Source of the DNA: a virus
Direction: 5' to 3' (one strand)
IMG/VR virus record: IMGVR_UViG_3300042292_000979
Length of the DNA stretch: 64,000 nt
Shown here: positions 40,101 through 52,083 of the stretch, piece after piece
Position numbering within the stretch: the stretch's first letter is position 1
Layout of the letters: every line of letters begins with the position of its first letter
Translations under genes and position numbers: made by a program
Notes under the pieces: model-generated
Told to the model about the DNA's origin: nothing
Seen by the model: the letters and a program-made list of their open reading frames with translations, nothing else
The model's database searches: none

Positions 40101-41141
40101 CCAAAAAATTTAGGCAGACAAACTACTGAAGATTTAGCTGAGCAAGTTTTATCCGGAAACATTAGAGCCTTTAATAAACTTAAATCAACACCAGGTTCTT
40201 ATATATCTACAAGCTTAAAGGAAGAAGCAGAAGCTTTAGCTAAAAATATCTTTGGTGATCAAGAATTAGTTGGAGTAGGATTAAAAGAAAGAATGCAACA
40301 ACTAGCGGAAATAGCTGAATTAACCACAAGAGAAGCTAGAGAAGGTGCATTAAGGGGATTAGCAGATAGCGCAGATCCAAATATTTTTGTTAGAAACTAT
40401 GGAGAAACAATTGGCACTATAGCAAACTCTATAGAAGAATCATTTATCACTGGAATGAAAATAACTGGAGACGCAGCAGTAGAAACAATAAACGAGGCAA
40501 GGTTAGCTCAAGGTATTTCAGGAGTAAGAGATACAGACGTCGCCTTAAGAAATAGACCACATAGACTTATTAGTACAATGAAGACTGAGGACGATGGTGT
40601 ACTAGGTTACATGATGTCTGGTTCAGTTACTGATGATATGGATGCGGCTGCAAGAAGCTTAGTAAGTATTCCGGGTGAATCAACTGATATTGGAGTAGCA
40701 AGAGCTACAGAAGACGCAGCAGCACGCGCAGCACTTATTGATTCTGGATCATTTGTAGATGATATTACTCCAACATTACCAGGTCTTAATGAAGGTGAAA
40801 AGTTTGCCAGTGAGGCAATTGCTGTAGGTAGAAGAGTCTATGAATCTAATAAGGGTAAATTTGCATTAGGAGCTTTGGCTTTAGCTGGAGCTGTCACTGG
40901 ATATAAAATGGCTAAAAGAGGAAACGAAAATGATCTTTATAGCGCTACTATGGGACCAGCACCAGTTGAAGAAGGACAAAGACCTTACGGTATACAGGAA
41001 GCTTTAATGGGCAATGGTCAAACTTCAAGAAGAAAAGATCCATTGTTTACAGCTGGTATTGTGGGAAATTTAGATAGACAAAAAATAGGTCATACATCAA
41101 TGGGTTCTAATAAAAATAGCCACTTATTTGGAGATAGATAA
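37118..41141 (+). CDS. large (~1340 aa) putative virion protein with DEDDh 3'-5' exonuclease domain; +1 frameshift at CGG 37247
   Basis: WDTETTGL, GHNAEAFD and HTAEVDT motifs; ATG 37118...TTA [C] GGA AAT joins the long ORF; hydrophobic Gly/Ala helix near the C-terminus. Confidence 0.82.
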
Positions 41142-41714
41142 ATGTCACTTTTATCAAGCATAGGTAAAACTTTATATAAAGGTGCAACGACTAAAGCTGG
41201 AGCAGGCTTGATAATAGGAGGCGCAGCTGTAGCTGGCCTTGCAAAAAATGCCGCACCAGCTGCAAGAGATGCAGCAATGGATGTTGCTTTTGGTGACCCC
41301 AATGCAGATGAAGCATTTCTTGGAAGAAAATTAACACCAGGTGCAGTTTTTGATGCAGCAGTTCCTGGTTCACACACAGGCAGGAATACAATAGGCGCTA
41401 TGGGCGCAGGAGCAATGCTGGGAGGCGTTGTTGGTGGTATGGCTAAGGGTTTCAAGGGTGGAGCATTAGGAGCAGCATTTGGAGCAACAGCTGGGTTAGC
41501 TGGATCTGCTGCAATGGGTATTGGTTATATTAATCGAAACGAAAGATTCATAAATGAATCACCATATGTTGGAACTAGAAGATTAAATAGAGATATGACT
41601 TATGGTGGAAAAATTTATGGCCAACAAAGAAATTCATCATTAGAAACCGCACAAGAACTTAATGCAGATGGAAACATAGTTCTCGGTATGCATAACCTTA
41701 GAAGAGGAGGTTAA
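41142..41714 (+). CDS. Gly/Ala-rich putative ejection/membrane-active virion protein
   Basis: Glycine-zipper-like segments. Confidence 0.7.
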   Translation: MSLLSSIGKTLYKGATTKAGAGLIIGGAAVAGLAKNAAPAARDAAMDVAFGDPNADEAFLGRKLTPGAVFDAAVPGSHTGRNTIGAMGAGAMLGGVVGGMAKGFKGGALGAAFGATAGLAGSAAMGIGYINRNERFINESPYVGTRRLNRDMTYGGKIYGQQRNSSLETAQELNADGNIVLGMHNLRRGG

Positions 41715-41716
41715 AA

Positions 41717-43263
41717 ATGAGTGACATGGGCGGAATGGTTAACGAAGCTCCTCAAATTCCAGGAGCAATGGGTAAGGTTTTGGGTGTAGCTGAAGCAACA
41801 TCAGCATCACAAAATCCACTTTTATTATTTGGTTATGGTGCGTACAGAGCTCAAAATACAATTCTTAAAGGCGGATTCCTAGATAATAAAAGAGGTGTTG
41901 GACGGAAGATTTAGTCCTAACCTTGCAGCTAGATCTAGGGCAAAGTTTAGACCTTTCGTAGGAAACGCATTAGATCCACTTGGACCACAGGGTGCTAATC
42001 AATTTGTTGGTGGAAGAAATATATTTGGCAGAACGACTAGAAGAGGAGAAAAGCTAGCAAGAGGTCGGAAGATCTGCAATTAGATCTGGCACAGATGATT
42101 TAACTAAAGTAGGATCTAACTTTAAAAGATTTAGAAGAGCAAATTTAACCTTAAATCCTAAAGCATTTTTTAGAGATCCAAACCTTTCTCGATTTGGAGC
42201 AGGGTACAATAGGGGCTTTATGGCACCTAATGCTGGTGGAGCATTAGCTTCATTGGGCAATATGTTGACTAGAACTTCCAAAGAAGCAAACCCAACATTT
42301 AGTGGTGGAGTTTTTGGAAGATTAGGAGCTGTTTCTAAACTAGAAAGAAGAGCAGCTGCTGGTCGTTCAACTGCTCGTGGAGATTTAAACCTTGCAAGAA
42401 TAGCCAAGATGAATGGAGCAGTCTCAACAGAGGTTTATGCTGCAGCAGGAAGTCGCCTACCAGCCGTTAGAGATCCTGCCACGGGTAGATTTATGAGAAA
42501 CCCAGCAAACTTCTCAACCCAGGTAACGCCATTAGGAACTATGGTAAACAGAGCAGCTGCGGGTGAGGCTTTGTCAGTTGGTGAACGTAGAGCCATGACT
42601 GCAGCAGGTGTAAGAGGAACCGCTAGTAGATCTTTTATGGAATATGCTTTTATGTCAGGAGGTGGCCTTGATTTTATGTCATCCCAAGCTTTAGGTGCTA
42701 CCGCTAAAACATTTGGAACAGGAACACTCACCTTAACGGATAATGCGGAAAAAGTAGTTAGAGGTTTAGCAAAAGGCATTCATGGAAATGGACAATTTGG
42801 AGTAACGGTTGCCAATAGACTTGGTATGGCAATGCCAATGACTGAGCTCGGTGCAGCAAAAATGGGTCAAAGACTTTTGGGAGAAGGTATTTATAAAACC
42901 ATGGGCGCCCGAGGAACAATGCAAGCAATAAAATATGGTGGAGCAAAAGTTGGAATGGCTGTTGGAGCAAGAGCTGTAGCTGCAGCTGTTCCTGGTCTTA
43001 ACTTAATATTTGCAGCAGATATGGCTTACCAACTTGCTAAGCTTGGTGGATTGGCTGTTAAGGCTGGAATCAATTTTGGTAAAGATGGAATGAAGTCAAT
43101 GCAAGGTAACATGCATACCGGAGTCTTTGGAGCAGGATATAAAGATGATGAAGTTAGAGCAACCTCTAGAGCTAGAGGTGTTTCTGCAATCCAAAACAGC
43201 AGACTAAATGCTAGATCATTACTTGGATCAGAAGGTGCGATGATGGCTTCGCATTTCGGGTAG
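41717..43263 (+). CDS. Gly/Ala/Arg-rich virion protein; two +1 frameshifts (CGG 41903 and CGG 42066)
   Basis: Three successive ORF-track frames are joined by GGA [C] GGA and GGT [C] GGA. Confidence 0.8.
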
Positions 43264-43271
43264 AATATACT

Positions 43272-45129
43272 ATGGACAAAACTCAAGAATTTCGTAAAAG
43301 ATTAGAAGGTCTTTCTAGAGATGATCTTTTAGAAATTATTAACGCGCAAGATCCAGAATATTCAAAACAGGTTAATAGAATTGAATGGGTTTTTAAAAAT
43401 AAATTAAATCACATAAACTGGGCAGATGGTACGCCAGTTGAAGGAAGAGAATTTACAAATAGAGAATTAGCTTTATTGATCGACGAACCTTTTGAGGTTG
43501 ACAATAATCTTTTAGACATGCGGAATATCTGCTGATCAACAAAGACAAATACATCTATCTAAGGATCCATGTAGATGGGCAAAACATTTTCTTCAAGCAG
43601 AAACAAGAGTTTATCAAACTTTGATTTTGCGCGATCCAGCATTAAGAAAAGTATTAAGAGCAGGTCGTCGTTTAGGAAAAACTTTCAGCATGGCTATTGC
43701 TTTACTCCATTATAGTTACACTCATAAAGATGGAAGATGTCTAGTTATTGCTCCAATGAAATCGCACGTTGAATTAATTTATCAAGAAATTCTTAGATTA
43801 GCTTCTAAGAATGAAATAGTAATGAATTCAATTACAAGAAAAGTAACTAGTCCTCAGTTTATGATTCAATTTTCCAATGGCTCTACAATTAGGTTCTTCA
43901 CATCTGGTATGCGCTCAGGTGGAAAGTCAGACGTAGCCCGTGGTCAAGAAGCGCACATAATTGTGTTGGACGAAATGGACTACATGCACGCAGATGACCT
44001 TGACGCGCTCTACGCGATGTTACAGAAGACCGCAGAAGATCAACCGGATAAAATACTCATTGGAGCTTCAACACCGACTGGTAGAAGAGAAAGATTCTGG
44101 GAATGGTGCAGAAGCGCTAGATTCCAAGAGTTTTGGTTTCCGTCATATTGCAACCCATATTTTTCAAAAGAACAAGAAGATGAATTTAGAGAGCAATACT
44201 CAGAGATGGGTTATCGTCACGAAATTGAAGCAGACTGGGGCGAAGACGCAGAAGGTGTTTATCCTAGAAAGTTTATAGACAAAGCTTTTATAGATCCATC
44301 TTGGGATTATACACCTGAAATACAATCAGCTAGATCATTTTATACAATTGGGGTTGACTGGGATAAATACGGCGCTGGAACAAACATAGTTGTACTGGAA
44401 ACCTGCAATGAGAACTATGAAGATGAAAGATTTAGAAATAAAGTCAGAGTTGTGTATAGAGAAGAAATTCCCAAGTCTGAATATACTTTAACAAATGGAG
44501 TTAATAGAATAGTTGAATTGAATGAATCTTTTCATCCAAAGCATATTTATGTTGACCGCGGATACGGAGAAGTTCAAGTTGAGCTACTTAGAAAATATGG
44601 AACGGAAAACCCAAAATCAAATCTTAGAGACAGAGTTAAAGGAATAGGTTTTGGTGAAAGTATAGAGATAAGAGATCCATATACTAAGCTTCCAATTAAA
44701 AAAGAAATTAAACCATACATGGTAGACAATCTAACTCAATACCTTGAAAGAGAAGCTATTTTATTTCCAGCTTCAGACGAAGAACTTTACATGCAGCTAA
44801 TTTCATATGTTGTTGTTAGAACCACCCAAATGGGAAGACCTATATTTGAAGCTGGTGGATCAGCCATGGATCACGCGCATGATGCTTTAATGCTAGCACT
44901 TCTTGCTATTACTCAAAATTATGGAGACTTTAGTAAATTAAAAGTGGCAAGAAATACAGAGAGTTTTTCAAATACGTTCTTTATGCCAAAGACAAGCAGT
45001 GCATCTGATGATAGGGATAAAGAAGCGCCTGCATCTGGTATCATGGTAACTACTAAGAGAAACTCTGACTTGATGCCAGGTATCAGAAAAGGGAGACCTG
45101 CAAAACGTGTTTCTAGAAAAATGTTTTAG
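43272..45129 (+). CDS. terL: terminase large subunit; +1 frameshift at CGG 43521
   Basis: AGRRLGKT, IVLDE, ASTP, IGVDW, DHAHDAL; the shift restores the N-terminal DP..WA...L....YQ..IL segment. Confidence 0.93.
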
Positions 45130-45137
45130 GTAAAAAT

Positions 45138-46757
45138 ATGTCATTAGTTAACAATATAGACAATCAACTTTCAACAGAGCAAAAGGTAACATTAGATTAT
45201 TCAACAACTGAATCATCTTCTCGCAGCTCAACTGAATCAGTTTTTTCTAGAAATGGACCAAATTCAAATCTCCGCCAAGCTGGAGTATCATATGGTAATG
45301 ATCAGCCATATTCAGTGCCTTTGCAATCTCTTAAGCAAGAAGCAAAAAATAGTCTTTCCGACTTACTTAAATTCTTAAAAGATTTAGAAGATCTATTAAG
45401 ACAAGTAAAACTAGATCCATTAAATAATCCAAACTTAGAAGAAGCACACGCCTATGTTTGGGATGAAATTAATAAAGTTGATCATCCATATCCCAAAATA
45501 GAGATAGAAGGATATGCGGGTAGCCTGAAGTATCCTAGGCCACCTTTCATATGCTTTGACCAATATCTTTATGCGGAAGGAGTTCAAACAAGAGGTTATA
45601 GAAAATTTGTAAAAGAATATGATAACTTAATATCAAATACTACATTTGGTCACATCTACGATTTTAGAGAAATTATTAAGTACTTAGTAAACGAAACTAA
45701 TTGCATCATAAGTTCATTAGGTGCAGATTTTGGAGATAACTATGAAGATGACTCACAACAGCAAGTCGCGTCGTACTACTTATACTGGCTCAAAATGGCA
45801 ATCCACTATAAGGAACTCTTTGCCCAATCAATCAAATCATCCCCAACAGGTTTGCCAGAAACCGAAGTGGATAAAACAACTAAAAAGCAAGCCGCTCAAT
45901 TTCAAGCATTTTTTTCTATCAAAGTAAACTCTTTAACGAACATGATAGACAGCCAGTTAGATACCCTTCATAAAGATTTGGTAACTAACTGCAATGTATT
46001 TTACAATAAGTATTTAAGTCCATCATTAAGGTTTAAAACAAAAGTTGTTTCCGATTTTGCTCTAGATATAAGAACTACAAATATGAAAACAGAACTACCT
46101 TCTTTGTCAGAAGAAGCAGCAATAGCACTATTAGCCGCAGAGGGTAACTTTAAGTCAGTTTTAACAGACCTATTAGAAAGAAGGAATAACACATCTGCAA
46201 AAATAGATTCCTTGTATCAATCTATAGTTCAAAGAAGAAAGTACACAAGCTTTATATCTCAGCTATCTATAAAAGCTGTAAATAGAGAAAGAATTGTTAC
46301 TACCGAAACAGATTCAAATTATGCTTCTTTGCTTTCTGGTTTATTCGTAGATGAGTCTCAAATTAACTCACTAAAATCTAGTCACTCTTTATTAGATGAC
46401 TTAAGCGAAGATAGTCATCCCCAGTATCTAATGAAGTCTGGCGGAGTAATAGTTGGAGATATAACAGTAGAAAATGCTGCAAAGATAGACGGAGTACAGA
46501 TAGGTGAACATTCTCATTCTGGCTCAGATGGATCTAAAAGAATAAGATCTATAGACATAGATTATGAGTCGGTAAGAAATGAAATTAATTTACAGCAAAT
46601 AAATTCAGCAGCAAAAGAAGTTGTTATCAAAATTGACTCTATCACACCTGATATACTAATAGGTGGAGTTCCAGTTGCAGATGTAAATATCAGCATCGAT
46701 ATACCAGATGAATTTAAGGACAAATACGATTTTGAAATATTATACATAGAGTTGTGA
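45138..46757 (+). CDS. structural hypothetical protein
   Basis: Long ORF in the morphogenesis block; DSHPQYL fibre-like motif. Confidence 0.75.
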   Translation: MSLVNNIDNQLSTEQKVTLDYSTTESSSRSSTESVFSRNGPNSNLRQAGVSYGNDQPYSVPLQSLKQEAKNSLSDLLKFLKDLEDLLRQVKLDPLNNPNLEEAHAYVWDEINKVDHPYPKIEIEGYAGSLKYPRPPFICFDQYLYAEGVQTRGYRKFVKEYDNLISNTTFGHIYDFREIIKYLVNETNCIISSLGADFGDNYEDDSQQQVASYYLYWLKMAIHYKELFAQSIKSSPTGLPETEVDKTTKKQAAQFQAFFSIKVNSLTNMIDSQLDTLHKDLVTNCNVFYNKYLSPSLRFKTKVVSDFALDIRTTNMKTELPSLSEEAAIALLAAEGNFKSVLTDLLERRNNTSAKIDSLYQSIVQRRKYTSFISQLSIKAVNRERIVTTETDSNYASLLSGLFVDESQINSLKSSHSLLDDLSEDSHPQYLMKSGGVIVGDITVENAAKIDGVQIGEHSHSGSDGSKRIRSIDIDYESVRNEINLQQINSAAKEVVIKIDSITPDILIGGVPVADVNISIDIPDEFKDKYDFEILYIEL

Positions 46758-46758
46758 C

Positions 46759-47752
46759 ATGAGCTGGTTTAAATATTTAGACAATACAAGTAATTTAGCA
46801 AGTCCTCAACAAAAGGTTTATACTACTCCGCCCTTAAAAAGACGGAATAGCAATAGATCAATTAAAAGACTATATAACTACTAATGATTGGTTATTTGCA
46901 GACATTGGAAATAATGAACTAAATTATGTATATAATTCTAGTCTTCTTAAAGTTGAGCAAGATCATTCATATTTAGTCGTTTATGAAAATTCCAATGTTT
47001 CAACATTAGAAGCTTCAACTCCTGTGGTTACTAAAATTGTTGACGGTATAATGTATTTTAAGGCCGCAAAGAATCACGAAGCAAATACTCTTCCAGATGG
47101 AACCTATAGCGTCTATTATGGATCTGACTATATTAAATATATTCACGCAACTCCAGTCACATCAAATTCAGTAACATCTTATGAATACGTAGAATATCCA
47201 AATACTGTTATTAATTCACTTGAAGCAAGTCCAGGCTACAGTCCTTACTATAGCGCAACTCCACCGAGTATTGATTTGTACGACACTGAGATTAATAAAA
47301 ACTCTATTGGATATTATAGATTGGCATACTTCAACGATGGAACGGATTGGATTAATAATCTGTCAACAAAAGTTGGATCTAAGATAGTCGGAACTTTTAG
47401 TGGACCAAACATTAAAATAACTGGTGCAGTTGGTCCAGGATATGGTAAGTGTAAAATTAGAATAACTACAAAGTATGAATCTTCAGCAGAAACTGAAAAT
47501 ATAGTTTTGGACTGGTATGAAATTGACTGTTATTCAACTGAAGAAAAAGAATCAATAATTTTTCAAAAAAATGATTTAGAATATCTTGACTACACTCTAG
47601 AAGTTGAAACTTTATCAGATAAAAATATTTTATCGGCTAACAATCAAATTTATATAAGTAAAATAAGTTTTTTAAGAAATTTTTATTTTTCTTTAGATGA
47701 TCAAGAAATAAATCCAGATTTGAACTTTAAGTCAATAGGAGGTTTAAGATAA
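46759..47752 (+). CDS. structural hypothetical protein; +1 frameshift at CGG 46843
   Basis: ATG 2 nt after the previous stop; AGA [C] GGA ATA is open through to 47752. Confidence 0.8.
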
Positions 47753-49662
47753 TGGCTACAGTCAAAAAAACTATACAGAACTTAAAACCTGGAAAACAAT
47801 ATCTTTTAACAGTTAAACCAAAAGATGTAGAATTAAACGTTCTTTTAGATCCAGCTTCAGCTATTAGATTTACTGTTCCAACTGACGTTACTCAGCCGGC
47901 AGAACTTGGTGATTTAACAATAGTAGGAAACTACAAGTCAATAATGATTAGCTTTAATCCTTCTAATGAATCAGACTTAAGAGGGTATAACTATGAGGTT
48001 TATCTTCCTGAAGACATTGCTCAAAGCGGATCTACGTATGTAGTCATTAGTGGATCAACCCCGTATCTTTCTGGCTTTTCCGCATCGAACGTCATAGCTG
48101 TTGATGTTCCGCAAAACTCTGAAACAACAAATCAGGTAAATGCAAATACTGGAGTCACGACTGTAGTGACAACAGAAAAGCTTTACTTTGCCAGAGTTCA
48201 ATCAATAGATACATCTAGCAATAAATCTGCATGGACACCAATTGTGGCATCAACTGCTACAACACTTATAGATTCTGCGCACATTATAGATCTTACTGCA
48301 TCTAAGATTACAGCTGGAACAATCGGCGCACATACTATTACAATGGCTGGCGCAACTTCAATTATTAAATCTTCTACCTTTAATGGAGTTGATGTTGGGG
48401 GCGGAAGCTATGCAAATGCTACAACAGGTTGGTTAATCAACGGTAGCGGTAGAGCATATTTCTACGATGCAACAATAGCAGGAAGTATTGACATTGGTGG
48501 ATTTGACTCTGGATCTTTTCACGTTGATAGTGATGGAAATCTTTGGTTGGGTTCTGGAACCTTAGTTGGTGCTCCGTTCAAGGTTCTAAAAGAAGGTGAT
48601 GTTACAGCCAATACAATAACCACTAAAAATTTAACGTTAACTGGTAATACAGTGATAGCAAGTAATTCTAATTCAAAAATTTTTCTTGGAACAGGCGTTT
48701 ACAATAATACTAATACTCCATTTTATGTTGATGATGACAGCCAATTTTCCTTAGGAAATAAATTAACTTGGGATGGTAGCAATCTCACAGTAAGTGGAAA
48801 CATTAATATCACAGGAGGTAATACTCTTACGCTTATTAACGAAGCACAGTCAGATGCAGATGCAGCATATTCTGCGGCTCTTTCTGCGAGTGCTCTTGTA
48901 CTTACTGCTCAGAATAGAGCAGACAGTGCTTATTCTTTAGCTGAAACAAAAATAACAGCTGGAGAAATACAAGTTTCGATAGATAATGGCACTACGATAA
49001 TTAGCGGAGATAGAATTACAACAGGTACAATAAACGCCAATTTAATTAATGCTGGAACACTTAGTGGAGACAGAATATCTGGTGGAACAATTACTGGATC
49101 ATTAATCACAACAGGTGGCTTTAGCGTTGATGCACCCGGATCAATAACAGCTAGAAACATGACAGCTGCGCTTACATATAGATCCCTTGGAGTCTTCCCA
49201 ACTGGCGGATCAGGAGTCGGCCCATTGTATGCACAAACATCTGGTGGAGATGAAAGAATAATAAGATTTACTTCATTAAGGGAATTGAAAGAAAATATTA
49301 CAGATATGCCAGAAGGCCTACCTATAATTAATACATTGAGACCAAGAACATTTAACTGGAAACAAGGCGAAATAGACCCACATACTGAAGAGTCTTGGAC
49401 CCCAGAAGCTAGAGCAATACATCAATTAGCTCCTAAAAGTTATGGTTTTATAGCTGAAGAAGTTTATGAAGCACAACCAAATCTAGTCTGGCTTGGTCCA
49501 TCAGACGTAACTAAGTCGTGGGATGAAGAAGGTGGATTGTTTGACATAAACTCTTGGAAACCAACAATGTGGAAAGAAGTTGAAATAGTTCCTATCTTAG
49601 TTAAAGCTGTTCAAGAATTGTCAGCTAAAATAGAAGAACTTGAGTCTAGACTTAGTCAATGA
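47752..49662 (+). CDS. tail fibre/spike with FN3-like N-terminus and C-terminal intramolecular chaperone (peptidase S74-like)
   Basis: SLRELKENI, LRPRTFNWK, YGFIAEEV, LVKAVQELSAKIEELE. Confidence 0.85.
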   Translation: MATVKKTIQNLKPGKQYLLTVKPKDVELNVLLDPASAIRFTVPTDVTQPAELGDLTIVGNYKSIMISFNPSNESDLRGYNYEVYLPEDIAQSGSTYVVISGSTPYLSGFSASNVIAVDVPQNSETTNQVNANTGVTTVVTTEKLYFARVQSIDTSSNKSAWTPIVASTATTLIDSAHIIDLTASKITAGTIGAHTITMAGATSIIKSSTFNGVDVGGGSYANATTGWLINGSGRAYFYDATIAGSIDIGGFDSGSFHVDSDGNLWLGSGTLVGAPFKVLKEGDVTANTITTKNLTLTGNTVIASNSNSKIFLGTGVYNNTNTPFYVDDDSQFSLGNKLTWDGSNLTVSGNINITGGNTLTLINEAQSDADAAYSAALSASALVLTAQNRADSAYSLAETKITAGEIQVSIDNGTTIISGDRITTGTINANLINAGTLSGDRISGGTITGSLITTGGFSVDAPGSITARNMTAALTYRSLGVFPTGGSGVGPLYAQTSGGDERIIRFTSLRELKENITDMPEGLPIINTLRPRTFNWKQGEIDPHTEESWTPEARAIHQLAPKSYGFIAEEVYEAQPNLVWLGPSDVTKSWDEEGGLFDINSWKPTMWKEVEIVPILVKAVQELSAKIEELESRLSQ

Positions 49663-50123
49663 TATAATAGTAAAATGTCTAGAATAAGCAAGCAAGAACA
49701 ACAGGAAACTGGTATAATGGAAACTTCTCAATCAGATATTAATGATTCTAATTTAGATGTTAATTTAGTTATAGCTGTTTTTCAAGAAAAACTTAGCAGC
49801 TTAATGACTGATTTAGTTATAAAAGAAGCAACAATTAAACAACAATCAATTATTATTCAAAGATTAAAAGGACAAATGTAAAATGAGTGATACACCAGAA
49901 GTAGAAGTAAAAACAGAATTTGTAGTTGAAATTAAGATCAGTGACAAGAACCTATCTTACAAGAGCGACTTTACAGAGGCTGAAACAGTTTTTTGGCTTG
50001 AGGCTGTAAAAGATCTTATTATCAAGAAGACCTTTGAAGCCGCAGGAATATTAGAAAAACAATAAATTACAGCCTAGACAAATTGAGTCTACTATTAGAT
50101 ATAGGCTTAAATAAGGACGTACC

Positions 50124-51773
50124 ATGGCAATTAGGGATTACCTACCATTTCAAACAGTAGACAAAGATCTTACTTTTTCTGACAAGGCTTTAGCGCCAGA
50201 ACAAGTAAAGGGTCTGTCTAAGGCTATGAAAATAGCATCGCTTGCTCTTGGTTTTCAGGGTACCAATTATTACTTCAATAATAGAGCTACCTTTGAAAGA
50301 CCTGCATATGACTTTGAAAGGTTAATGCAAGCTGTTGATACGGACTCTTATGTTAAGCAAGCTATGTCTAAATATAAAGATCTTTTCTGGAAAGAGGGTT
50401 GGGAAATAGTTTCTGAAAACCCAGAAGCTATTTCTTATCTTCACCAAAGAATAGATTTCATGGAAATAGCAATGAAGAGACCATTTGTTGATTTCTTAAT
50501 TGAAGTCTCAGATCAACTCTTTAAATTTTCTAATGCTTTCATTGTTAAAGCAAGAGGTGATTTAAGCGAATATTTTCCAGACAAATTAGCACCTATGACT
50601 GGAGATCTTCCAGTAATAGGTTATTACTTAATCCCTACTGAACAGGTAAGAATATTTAGAGATAAGCACAACAGACCTAAGTCATATAGACAAGAGACAG
50701 ATCCTCTTACTTATATGCCACTTGAGGGAAATCCTGTTTGGACTGCAGAAAAAGTAATTCATCTTCACTTTGATAGAAAAACTGGTAGAGCATTTGGTAC
50801 TCCGTTTTTGATCAACGTATTAGACGACGTTATTGCACTTCGTCAAATTGAAGAAGACATTCAGAATCTTGTTCACAGAGAATTATTTCCACTCTATAAA
50901 TATAAGATTGGAACCGCAGAACAACCAGCTGAGCCAGAAGAGATTGAACAAGCAGCTATAGAAATAGAAAACTTAAGAGCTGAAGGTGGATTGATTCTTC
51001 CGTTTAGACACGATGTTGAAGTCATTGGATCACAAGGATCTGCTCTTGACGCAAGTCAATACCTAAATCACTTTAAAGAACGTGTTGCAATTGGATTAGG
51101 CGTTGCGCCGCATCACCTTGGAATGTCGATGAATGGTGGTAACAGATCTGTTACCGAAAGATTAGATGTTGCATTATATGACAGAATTAAGCAGATGCAG
51201 AAGCTGTTTTCGGAGATGGTAAGACTAAATATATTTAATGAATTATTGTTTGAAGGTGGTTTTGATCCAATCTCAAATCCAATGGAAGCTGGAGACTCGG
51301 ATAGATGTTACTTTAAGTTCAAGGAAATAGATGTTGATACACAAGTTAAAAAAGAAAATCACGTCATTCAAAAATATGTGTCTAATCTAATTACATTAGA
51401 TGAAGCTCGCATAGAATTAGGATATGATTCCGATATTGACATGAACAAGACACACGCATCAATACAAAGTGATATTCAAGTCGATGCAACTAAAGCAACT
51501 GCCCAAGCCCAAGCTAAAGCACAAGGGACGGGTAAAGCACCTGAACCAAAAACATCTGATGGTCAAAAATCCGCCGGTCCAGGGCAGAAAAATACGCCAA
51601 ATAATAGAAGAGGCGTTGGTAACGCTATGAGACCAATGAATCAAAATGGAAGAAAAACTTCTCCGGATATTAAAAGATATGATAATAATTTTCTATCAGT
51701 AATTGAATCTTTGTTGGATAGCGAGTATACTGTTATAGAGTCAGACGTTGAAAAGGATAACAATGATGTTTAA
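50124..51773 (+). CDS. portal protein
   Basis: FSNAFI, VIHLHF....AFGTP, GLGVAP, ITLDEARIELGY; lies between TerL and the protease. Confidence 0.85.
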   Translation: MAIRDYLPFQTVDKDLTFSDKALAPEQVKGLSKAMKIASLALGFQGTNYYFNNRATFERPAYDFERLMQAVDTDSYVKQAMSKYKDLFWKEGWEIVSENPEAISYLHQRIDFMEIAMKRPFVDFLIEVSDQLFKFSNAFIVKARGDLSEYFPDKLAPMTGDLPVIGYYLIPTEQVRIFRDKHNRPKSYRQETDPLTYMPLEGNPVWTAEKVIHLHFDRKTGRAFGTPFLINVLDDVIALRQIEEDIQNLVHRELFPLYKYKIGTAEQPAEPEEIEQAAIEIENLRAEGGLILPFRHDVEVIGSQGSALDASQYLNHFKERVAIGLGVAPHHLGMSMNGGNRSVTERLDVALYDRIKQMQKLFSEMVRLNIFNELLFEGGFDPISNPMEAGDSDRCYFKFKEIDVDTQVKKENHVIQKYVSNLITLDEARIELGYDSDIDMNKTHASIQSDIQVDATKATAQAQAKAQGTGKAPEPKTSDGQKSAGPGQKNTPNNRRGVGNAMRPMNQNGRKTSPDIKRYDNNFLSVIESLLDSEYTVIESDVEKDNNDV

Positions 51774-52083
51774 TGTAAATGATACAATTACAAGTAGTGA
51801 CAACACAGAAGCAGATGCGCTTCTAGTATTTAGAAAAGCAGTTAGCAATGGTCAAACGAGACTAGCTCTTGAAGCTTTAGTGGACGTTATTGATTCTATA
51901 GTTGAGTTTCTTACTTCAGAACCTGAAGAAGAGACCGCAGAACAAATTGCACCAGCTGCACCAGCAGTAAAGGTTAATGCTGTTGAAATTAAAGAAGAGA
52001 AGATTGAGCCAACAACCGTAGAAGCTAGCACACCTGCTAAGAAGAGTGTGAAAGAAACAACAAAATCTATTTCAGAGTAGTTT

